Positions 48,001-59,300 of a stretch of DNA of 64,000 nucleotides are shown piece after piece. The translations under genes were made by a program, and so were the position numbers. The notes under the pieces were generated by a model. The model was not told the origin of the DNA and ran no database searches. It saw only the letters and a program-made list of their open reading frames with translations. Source of the DNA: Balanoglossus misakiensis (lineage: Eukaryota; Animalia; Hemichordata); assembly GCA_040954595.2 (NCBI GenBank), contig CM082589.2:12350894-12414893 (forward strand), written 5' to 3'. Within the stretch, counting starts at the first letter, position 1; each line of letters opens with the position of its first letter.

Positions 48001-51000
48001 TGGGTCAACAGTTGCCGTTCAAGGGTTAGAGTTTAATGGTCAAGGGTTCTAGGGTCAAGGGTTTAAAGATCAAGCATTAAGGGTCAGTTGTCAAGTTTAG
48101 GGTTTAAGGGTCAAGAGTTTAGTTTCAAGGGGTCAAGGGTTAGATTTCAAGGGTCAAAGGTCGAGGGTTAGAGATCAAATGTCAAGGGTAAGAGTTCAAG
48201 GGTCAAATGTTAGAGTTCAAGGGTCAAAGGTCAAGGGTTAGAGATCAAGAGTCAAGGGTAAGAGTTCAAGGGTCAAATGTTAGAGTTCAAGGGTCAAGGG
48301 TTAGAGTTCAATGGTCAAAGGTCAAGGGTTAGAGTTGAAGAGTTGGAGATCGAGGGTCAAGGGGTCAAGGGTAAGAGCTCAAGGGTCAAGGGTTGCAGTT
48401 CATGGGTCAGAGGTTCAATGGTTTGAGTCAAAGGTTCAAGGGGTCAAGGATTAGAGTTCAAGGGTCAAAGGTCAAGGGTTAGAGTTCAAGAGTTGGAGAT
48501 CGAGGGTCAAGGGGGTCAAGGGTTAGAGTCCAAGGTTCAAGGGGTCAAGGATCAAGAATTTGAGTTCAAGGGTCAAAGGTCAAGAGTTAGAGTTCACGAG
48601 CCAAGGATTTGAGTTCAAGGGTTAGAGTTCACGAGTTGGAGATCAAGGGTCAAAGGTCAAGGATTATAGTTGATGGGTCAACAGTTGACGTTCAAGGGTT
48701 AGAGTTTAAGGGTCAACGGTTAAAGGGTCAAGCATTAAGGGTCAGTTGTCAAGTTTAGGGTTTAAGGGTCAAGAGTTTTTTTTCAAGGGTCAAAGGTCAA
48801 AGGTCAAGGGTTAGAGATCAAATGTCAAGGGTAAGAGTTCAAGGGTCAAGGGTAAGAGTTTAGGGTCAAGGGTAAGAGCTCATGGGTCAAGGGTTGGAGT
48901 TCATGGGTCAAAGGTTCAATGGTTAGAGTCCAAGGTTCAAGTGGTCAAGGGGTCAAAGGTCAAGGGTTAGAATTTAAGTGTTGGAGATCGAGGGTCAAGG
49001 GGTCAAGGGTCAAAGGTCAAGGATTATAGTTGATGGGTCAACAGTTGGCGTTCAAGGGTTAGAGTTTAAGGGTCAATGGTTAAAGGGTCAAGCATTAAGG
49101 GTCAGTTGTCAAGTTTAGGGTTTAAGGGTCAAGAGTTTTTTTCAAGGGTCAAAGGTCAAAGGTCAAAAGTTAGAGATCAAATGTCAAGGGTAAGAGTTCA
49201 AGGGTCAAGGGTAAGAGTTAAGGGTCAAGGGTAAGAGCTCATGGGTCAAGGGTTGGAGTTCATGGGTCAAAGGTTCAATGGTTAGAGTCCAAGGTTAAAG
49301 TGGTCAAGGGGTCATAGGTCAAGGGTTAGAATTTAAGTGTTTGAGATCGCGGGTCAAGGGGTCAAGGGTCAAGGATTATAGTTGATGGGTCAACAGTTGG
49401 CGTTCAAGGGTTAGAGTTTAATGGTCAAGGGTTTAAGGGTGAAGCAGGGTCAGTGGTAAGGTTCAAGGGTCAAGAGTTTTGGGTTCAAGGGTCAAAGGTC
49501 AAGGGTGTGAGATCATGACTCAAGGGTCAAATGTTAGAGTTCAAGAGTGAAGGATTAGAGTTCAAGGGTCAAAGGTCAAGGGTCAAAGATCAAGGATTAT
49601 AGTTGATGGGTCAACAGTTGGCGTTCAAGGGTTAGAGTTTAATGGTCAAGGGTTCTAGGGTCAAGGGTTTAAGGGTCAAACATTAAGGCTCAGTTGTCAA
49701 GTTTAGGGTTTAACATTTATTATTAGAGAGTGATGGAGAGAGAGAATGGGATGGAGAGTGAGGGGGAGGAGAAGAGAGAGTTCAAGGATTAGAGTTCAAG
49801 GGTCAAAGATCAAGGGTTAGAGATCAATAGTCAAGGGTAAGAGTTCAAGGGTCAAGGGTCAAAGGTCAAGGGTTAGAGTTAAAGAGTTGTAGATTGAGTG
49901 TCAAAGGTTCAAGGGTAAGAGCTCAAGGGTCAAGGGTTGGAGTTCATGGGTCAAAGGTTCAATGGCCAGAGTCCAAGGTTCAAGGGGTCAAGAGTTAGAG
50001 TTCAAGAGTTGGAGATCGAGGGTCAAGGGGTCAAGGGTAAGAGCTCAAGGGTCAAGGGTTAGAGTTCATGGGTCAAAGGTTCAATGGTTAGAGTCCAAGG
50101 GTCAAGGGGTCAAGGATCAAGGGTTAGAGTTCAATGGTCAAGGGGTCAAGGGTCAAGGGTTAGAGTTCAAGAGTTTTAGATCGAGGGTCAAGGGGGTCAA
50201 GGGTCAAGGCTATGAGCACAAGGATCAAGGGTTAGAGTTCAATGGTCAAGGGGTCAAGGGTCAAGGATTTGAGTTCAACGGTCAAGGGTTAGAGTTCACC
50301 AGCCAAGGATTTGAGTTCAAGGGTCAAAGGTCAAGGGTTAGAGTTCAAGAGTTTGAGATCAAGGGGTCAAGGGTCAAAGGTCAAGGATTACAGTTGATGG
50401 GTCAACAGTTGGCGTTCAAGGGTTAGAGTTTAATGGTCAAGGGTTCAAGGGTTAGAGATCAAGAATCAAGGGTAAGAGTTCAAGGGTCAAATGTTAGAGT
50501 TCAAAGGTCAAGGGTTAGAGTTCAAGGGTCGAGGGTTGGAGTTCATGGGTTAGAGGTTCAATGGTTAGAGTCCAAGGTTCAAGCGGTATAGGATCAAGGA
50601 TTAGAGGTCAAGGGTTAGAGTTTAAGAGTTGGAGATCGAGGGTCAAGGGTCAAAGGTCAATGATTATAGTTGATGGGTCAACAGTTGGCGTTCAAGGGTT
50701 AGAGTTTAATGGTCAAGGGTTAGGGTTAGGGTTTTGGGTTCAAGGGTTAGATTTCAATTGTCAAAGGTCAAAGGTTAGAGTTCACGAGCCAAGGGTTAGA
50801 GTTCGAGCAACAAAGGTCAGGGGTATGAGTTCAAGAGTTGGAGATCAAGGGTCAAGGGGGTCAAGGGTCAAGGGTATGAGCACAAGGATCAAGGGTTAGA
50901 GTTCAATGGTCGAGGGGTCAAGGGTCAAGGATTTGAGTTCAACGGTCAAGGGTTAGAGTTCACGAGCCAAGGTTTGAGTTCAAGGGTCAAAGGTCAAGGG

Positions 51001-51985
51001 TAAGAGTTCAAGGGGTCAAGGATTATAGTTGATGGGTCAACAGTTGGCGTTCAAGGGTTAGAGTTTAATGGTCAAGGGTTCTAGGGTCAAGGGTTAAAAG
51101 GTCAAGCATTAAGGGTCAGTTGTCGAGTTTAGGGTTTAAGGGTCAAGAGTTTAGTTTCAAGGGTCAAGGGTTGGAGTTCATGGGTCAGAGGTTCAATGGT
51201 TAGAGTCCAAGTTTCTAGGGGTCAAGGATCAAGGGTTAGAGTTCAATGGTCAAAGGTCAAGGGTTAGAGTTCAAGAGTTGGAGATCGAGGGTCAAGGGTC
51301 AAGGGTATGAGCACAAGGATCAAGGGTTAGAGTTCAATCATCAAGGGGTCAAGGGTCAAGGATTTGAGTTCAACGGTCAAGGGTTAGAGTTCACGAGCCA
51401 ATGATTTGGGTTCAAGGGTCAAAGGTCAAGGGTACGAGTTCAAGAGTTGGAGATTGAGGGTCAAGGGGGTCAAGGGTTAAGTGTATGAGCACAAGGATCA
51501 AGGGTTAGAGTTCAATGGTTGAGGGGTCAAGGGTCAAGGATTTGAGTTCAAGGGTCAAAGATCAAGGGTTAGAGTTCAAGGGGTCAAGGCGCAAAGGTCA
51601 AGGATTATAGTTGATGGGTCAACAGTTGGCGTTCAAGGGTGAGAGTTTAATGGTCAAGGGTTCTATGGTCAAGGGTTTAAAGGTCAAGCATTAAGGGTCA
51701 GTTGTCAAGTTTAGGGTTTAAGGGTCAAGAGTTTAGTTTCAAGGGTCAAATGTTAGAGTTCAAGGGTCAAAGGTCAAGGGTTAGAGATCAAGAGTCAAGG
51801 GTAAGAGTTCAAGGGTCAAATGTTAGAGTTCAAGGGTCAAGGGTTAGAGTTCAATGGTCAAAGGTCAAGGGTTAGAGTTCAAGAGTTGGAGAGTCAAGGG
51901 GTCAAGGGTAAGAGCTCAAGGGTCAAGGGTTGGAGTTCATGGGTCAGAGGTTCAATGGTTTGTGTCCTAGGTTCAAGGGGTCAAT
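42023..51985 (+). repeat. G-rich ~7-bp-unit satellite (TCAAGGG/TCAAAGG/TTAGAG variants) with higher-order repeats
   Basis: Continuous degenerate heptamers. ~600-bp repeats at 43797/44395/44995. The header taacatttattattagagagtgatg recurs at 42023, 45950 and 49711. Confidence 0.95.
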
Positions 51986-52199
51986 GATTCGAGTGACCTT
52001 TGACTTACTTTCCCATATCTCAGCATCCAGAGCAGTTAGACCCCTGGCGTTTGGGATGATTGAGCACACAATGGAGTCTTTATACACGAAATTTTGTGAC
52101 CTTAGGGAAGCCTTTCACTTCGATGTACAATTTCTTCTTTCTTCAGTTCATTAAAATTGTTGCCTATTGAGCCGATTCACCTATTGTGTACGTGTGTTC

Positions 52200-52450
52200 A
52201 TTTAATAAAAGGAATATTTCAAATCAAATTGAAATAAATGAAATTAAATTAAATCGAAATCATATTAATGTTATAAAATTAAATTAGAGTAAAATAAATT
52301 ATATTAAATTAAATCAAATAAAAATCAAATTAAATCAAAACAAAACAAATTAATTAAAATACATTATATTAAATAATCAAATTAAGTTAAATCCATCTGT
52401 CATTCCTCCATCATTTATACATCCATCTGTTACCATCCATCTTTGAACCA
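52200..52450. repeat. Low-complexity spacer: (AAATT)-like then (CATC)-like tracts
   Basis: aaatcaaattgaaataaatgaaattaaattaaatc… followed by atccatctgt…ccatccatc. Confidence 0.7.
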
Positions 52451-55400
52451 TCCTAATATTCATCTATCACCCATCCCATCTATCATCCATAGATCATTCA
52501 TCCACACTCATCCCGAAACCTAATCCTTACTGGGACCCCACATTAAACCCTTCGTACCTCAAAATCTCACCCCGAAGTCAGTCCCAGAATTGTACTCTCA
52601 AAAAATACTTTATTACTCAAACACCAATCACCGATCCAATTCCAAACTTACACTGTCACCATCCCGTCACTACTCCCACCCAACTTCACCCCAGCCTATT
52701 CCCACTCGTTCCCCCATCATCACCCTGGCCTTCTTCACCAAAACCGCACCAGACCACATAATGCCTCCATCTTTTACCCCACACCTTACACCCACCACAA
52801 ATCCTAGCCATCACCCAACCTATCATAGCCCAAACAACCCAAACCCAATCAAAATTGACCCTAGCCCCACTTATCATCATCCAAGCTATCAATGCTCAAC
52901 GGCAACCCAAATAACTTAAAGATTGGCATAAATCCAAACTCATACCACTGCCACCCCAAATATACAAAACCAAGACGATATTACGAACCAATACCTACCA
53001 TTTGTAGCAAATACACGACCAAAGATTTGATCCCATCTATCATCCATATATCATCCTTCCACACTCATGCCGAAACCTAATCCTTACTGGGGCCCCACCC
53101 TAATCCGATAACCCAATCAACTTCGCACCTCAAACATCACCCCGAAGTCAATGCAAGATTTATACTATCAAAAAAATTCATATTACTCAAACACCAATCA
53201 CCTATCAAACTATGAAGTTAAACTAACTCTCACGACCTTGTCAGCTACCATCACCACCCCGTCACCACTCCCACCCAACTTTACCCAAACCTATTCCCAC
53301 TCGCACTCCCATCACCACCCTGGCCTCCTTCACCAAAACCGCACCATCACTTACACCACACCTTGCACCAACCACAAATTTAAATCCTGGCAGTCACCCA
53401 ACCTATTATGCCAAAACAATCCAAACCAAATCAAAATTGACCCTAGCCCAAGCCAACCATCAATACCCGACGACCAACCAAATAACACTTAACTCATACC
53501 GCTGCCACTCCAACAATACATCAGGACTCTTTTTTTACAAACCATTTGTAGAAAATAGACGACCAAAGATTTAATCCCTTCAAATATTCATCTATCACCC
53601 ATCCCATCTATCACCCATGTATCATTCATCCACACTCATCCCAAAACCAAATCCGTACTGGAACCCCACCTTAAACCAATGACCCAATCCCATTCGTACC
53701 TCAAACCTCTCCCCGAAGTCAATCCCAGTATTGTACTCTCAAAAAATACCTTATTGCTCAAACACCAATCATCGACCCAACTCTAAACTTAAACTAACTC
53801 ACACGACCTTGTCAGCTATCACCCACCACCCCAACACCACTCACATCCAACTTTACCCGAACATACTCCTACTCGCACCCTCATCACCACCCTGGCCTAC
53901 TTCACCAAAACCGCACCAGACCCTATAATGCCTCAATCTCTTACGTGACCACACCTTATTCCCACCACAAATCCTAGCCATCACTCAACCTATCATAGCC
54001 CAAACAAACCAAACTCAATCATTCTTGCCCCAAATATCATCAACCAAGCCATCAATGCTCAACGGTGGTAACCCAAATAACACTTAACTTAAAGATTGGC
54101 ATAAACCAAACTCATACCACTGCCACCCTAAATATACAACACCAAGACTCTATTACGAACCAATACCTACCATTTGTAGCAAATACACGACCAAAGATTT
54201 GATCCCATCTATCATCCATATATCATCATTCCACACTCATCCCGAAACATAATCCTTACTGTGGCCCCACCCTAATCCGATAACCCAATCAACTTCGCAC
54301 CTCAAACATCACCCCGAAGTCAATGCAAGAATTATACTATCAAAAAAATTCATATTACTCAAACACCAATCACCTATCAAACTATAATGTTAAACTAACT
54401 CAGCTACCACTCACCACCCCGTCACCACTCCCACCCAACTTTACCCAAACCTATTCACACTCGCACTCCCATCACCACCCTGGCCTCCTTCACCAAAACC
54501 GCACCATCTCTTACACCACACCTTACACCAACCACAAATTTAAATCCTGGCAGTCACCCAACCTATTATGCCAAAACAATCCAAACCAAATCAAAATTGA
54601 CCCTAGCCTAAGCCTACCATCAATACCCGACGGCCAACCAAATAACACTTAACTCATACCGCTGCCACTCCAACAATACATCGGGACTCTTTTTTACGAA
54701 CCAAAACTTACCATTTGTAGAAAATAGGCGACCAAAGATTTAATCCCTTCAAATATTCATCTATCACCCATCCCATCTATCACCCATACATCATTCATCC
54801 ACACTCATCCCAAAACCTAATCCTTACGGAACCCCACCTTAAACCAATGAAGCAATCCCATTCGTACCTCAAACCTCACCCCGAAGTCAATCCCAGAATT
54901 GTACTCTTAAAATATACGTTATTACTCAAACAACAATCACCGATCCAACTCCAAACTTAAACTAAGGCTCGCGACCTTGTCAGCTATCACCACTACCACA
55001 CAACTTTACCCCAACCTATTCCCACGCACTCCTATCAGCACCCCGACCTACATCCCAAAAGCCGCACTAGCCCCACCACAAATTTAAATCCTGGCAGTCA
55101 CCCAACCTATCATAACTCAACGGCAACCCAAATAACTTAAAGATTGGCATAAATCCAAACTCATACCACTGCCACCCCAAATATACAAAACCAAGACGAT
55201 ATTACGAACCAATAATTGTAGCAAATACACGACCAAAGATTTGATCCCATCTATCATCCATATATCATCCTTCCACACTCATGCCGAAACCTAATCCTTA
55301 CTGGGGCCCCACCCTAATCCGATAACCCAATCAACTTCGTACCTCAAACATCACCCCGAAGTCAATGCAAGAATTATACTATCAAAAAAATTCATATTAC

Positions 55401-56360
55401 TCAAACACCAATCACCTATCAAACTATGAAGTTAAACTAACTCTCACGACCTTGTCAGCTACCATCACCCCCCCGTCACCACTCCCACCCAACTTTACCC
55501 AAACCTATTCCCACTCGCACTCCCATCACCACCCTGGCCTCCTTCACCAAAACCGCACCATCACATACACCACACCTTGCACCAACCACAAATTTAAATC
55601 CTGGCACCTGGCAGTCACTATTATGCCAAAACAATCCAAACCAAATCAAAATCGACCCTAGCCCAAGCCTACCATCAATACCCGACGACCAACCAAATAA
55701 CACTTAACTCATACCGCTGCCACTCCAACAATACATCAGGACTCTTTTTTTACAAACCATTTGTAGAAAATAGACGACTAAAGATTTAATCCCTTCAAAT
55801 ATTCATCTATCACCCATCCCATCTATCACCCATACATCATTCTCCACACTCATCCCAAAACCTAATCCTTACGGAACCCCACCTTAAACCAATGACCCAA
55901 TCCCATTCGTACCTCAAACCTCACCCCGAAGTCAATCCCAGAATTGTACTCTTAAAATATACGTTATTACTCAAACAACAATCACCGATCCAACTCCAAA
56001 CTTAAACTAAGGCTCGCGACCTTGTCAGCTATCACCACTACCACACAACTTTACCCCAACCTATTCCCACGCACTCCTATCAGCACCCCGATCTACATCC
56101 CAAAAGCCGCACTAGCCCCACTACAAATTTAAATCCTGGCAGTCACCCAACCTATCATAACTCAATTATCCCAAACCAAATCAAAATTGACCCTAGCCCT
56201 AACATTGCCCAAGCCTGTTATCAATACTCGAAGGCCACCCAAATAACTCTTAACGTAACAAAAATCCAAACTCGTACTGCTGTTACCCCAACTAATTTAA
56301 AACGCTTTTACGCTATTCCGAACCAAAACCTGCAATTTTTATACACGACAAAAGATCCTG
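52450..56360 (+). repeat. C/A-rich tandem repeat, ~570-bp monomer, ~7 copies of two alternating types
   Basis: Anchor ccccgaagtca at 52570, 53140, 53711, 54312, 54879, 55354 and 55924. Confidence 0.9.
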
Positions 56361-56399
56361 ACCATATGAGAACTCACTTCTGTCAATATTACAAACTCC

Positions 56400-59300
56400 T
56401 ACAAATTCTCTGACAGCTAATTAATAAAATTTATTTATTAAGGGTTAAAAACAATGGAAATCAATATGAATAATCTTTTTGAAAATATTATTAAAAACTC
56501 ATTATTTGGGTGCAAATATGATGATTATTCTATATTCCAAGTATAAATTAAAAATGACTCATTTATCACTTCAAATTAAAAAAAAACTATTTTTAGGCTT
56601 AAAACATTAACTTTGTTTTCGAAAATATAAACACCCCTTGTGGATATATAGAGAATCAACATTTAATGACACCCATCTCGCTTGTCTGCTATGAGAGTAA
56701 AAACTCTTCCAAGAGAGACTTTGTCGGACATTGTTTATTTCAAATAAAAATGATTTAACAAGCGATTTCAACATAAATACAAAATGATTAAATGCTTCAG
56801 AACACTTTAAAAATCTTTAAATACAATAACAAAACGATATTTGGTCCATAACGTACGTTTTTAATAACAATTATAAGATAATGATTTCAAACTCAAAAAC
56901 AGCCCATATTTTTAGGCTTTGAAATAATTTTCGTCTATAATAATCTAATTTAATAAGCTAAGTTTTTAATATTTGGAATTATAAACAATTATCATGCAAG
57001 AATTCACAAATATGATTTAGCAAGCAATTCCAATATTAATGTTTTTCAAGGCATTGAACCTGTTTTCTATCATTCTAAAGTCTCTTTTAAAAGTATTACA
57101 AAAAAACATTACTTGGCAAGAAAACTGCTCAATACGACACTATAAATTGTTATTTGCACGTTTTAAATAAAAACGATTCAATAAGCATTTTTAATTGAAA
57201 ACCACTTATTTAGGCCAAAAAAACAATGTGAGATCATTATTAAACCCTTGAAGCTTTATTTTTTCACAAAAATGTTTAATACCTTATAAAATCAATGTCA
57301 TATTCAAAAAGCGGAAATGATTTAACAAGCAATTTTTATATATTTACATTCCTATTTAAGCCTTTGGAAAACTGTTATATCGCACATTTAACTCAAACAC
57401 AATCTTATTTAGGATTATAAACATTCTAAATTCCTTTTAAAATTTTTCTCTCGATTTAAGGCTTTTAAACACTTTATAATCATTCAAAAACTTTGAAAGT
57501 ATTACTTAAACACAATATTTTGGCACGAAAACTTTTCAATACGACATAAAAAACGATGTATGTTCCATATTGCTTTTTTATATTTAAAAAGACAAGAAAC
57601 ATTTCAAAACATTAATTTAGGCATGTAAACACTGTTAGAACATTAGATAAAAAAAATTTAATACGGTATAAAATGATGTTATATGCACATTGTATATTTT
57701 GAAAAAAAATATGATTAAATAAACAATCGATACATAAATACAAGCATATTTAAAGCTCTAATACAGTAATATATAATTCTTATACCTTTCTTTGTATATA
57801 TGATGAAAAACTAATTATTTAGGAATGAAAACTGTTTAAAACGATACTAAAACAATGCTTGTTCCATATTTCAGGTTTTAAATAAAAATGATCCGTAAAG
57901 CAATTTAAGTTAAATACAAACTTATTTAGGCATAAAAAGCACCCTGGTACCATTATGTAACCCGTCTTTGAAATTAGATATGAAACGCATTATTTTTCAC
58001 TTCAAGGGTTTAATTCGGTATAAAATCGTTTTTATTCACATTGTTAACTTCAAATGAAAATGTTTTAACAAGCGATTTCAACATGAATGCAACATGATTA
58101 AAGGCTTCAAAACACTTTAAAATCATTCTAAATCATTTCTTTGAATATGCTACAAAATAACCATTAATTTATGAACAAAAACTTTAAATACAATACTAAA
58201 ACGATATTTGGTCCATAACGCACTTTTAAATAAAAATTATTAGGTACTGATTTCAAACTCAAAAACACCCAATATTTTTAGGCTTGCGAATTATTTTCAT
58301 CTGAAAATATAATTAACTCCAAAAACTGATATAAAATAGATGTTTTGATTCGTATATGTATTGAATAAAAATCAAATAAGCCAAAATTAAGTTTTTAATA
58401 TGAAAATGATTTAATAAGCAATATCAATGTTTTGCTTATCATTTTAAAGTCTCTTTTGAATGTATTACAAAAAAACATTATTTGGCAAGAAAACTGCTCA
58501 AAACGATATTAAAAACGTTATTAGTTTCATATCGCATGTATTAAATAAAAACGATTCAATAAGCATTTTAAATTCAAAACCACTTATTTAGGCTAAAAAA
58601 CAATGTGGGATCATTTTTAAAAACCTTTTTGAAATTTTTTTCTATAACACGCTTTAATTTTTCACAAAAAATGTTTAATACCTTATAGAATCAATGCCAT
58701 ATTAACAAAGCGTATGTTTAACGGAAATGATTTAACAAGCAATTTCTATATATTTACACCGCTTTTTAAGCATTTGGAAAACTGTTAAATCATTCTAAAA
58801 CCTTTCTTATAAAATAACATAAAACCATCCTTTATTCGGGCCCAAAAACTTCATATCGCACATTTAACTCAAACACGACCTTATTTAGGATTATAAACAT
58901 TCTAAATTCCTTTTAAAATTTTTCTCTCGATTTAAGGATTTTAAACACTCTATATAACTTTTAAATACAACATGAAAAACGATGTTTGTTCCTTATTGCT
59001 TTTTTATATCTAAAAAGACAAGAAACATTTCAAAACACTAATTTAGGCATGTAAACACTGTTAGAACATTTGATAAAAAAACAATTTAATACGGTATAAA
59101 ATGATGTTATATGCACATTGTATATTTTGAAAAAAATATGATTAAATAAACAATCGTTACATAAATACATGCATATTTATAGCTCTAATACAGTAATATA
59201 TAATTCTTAAACCTTTCTTTGTATATATGATAAAAAACTAATTATTTGGAATGAAAACTGTTTAAAACGATACTAAAACAATGCTTGTTCCATATTTCAG

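Noticed and set aside
42680-50899. ORFs rich in SRVKGQG / QGSRV in the G-rich satellite
   Set aside because: These are translations of a 7-bp repeat cycling through frames, with no splice or start context and frequent stops.
52590-55703. Pro/Thr/His-rich, mucin-like ORFs
   Set aside because: They are a by-product of the C/A-rich tandem repeat, and frames are not conserved between monomers.
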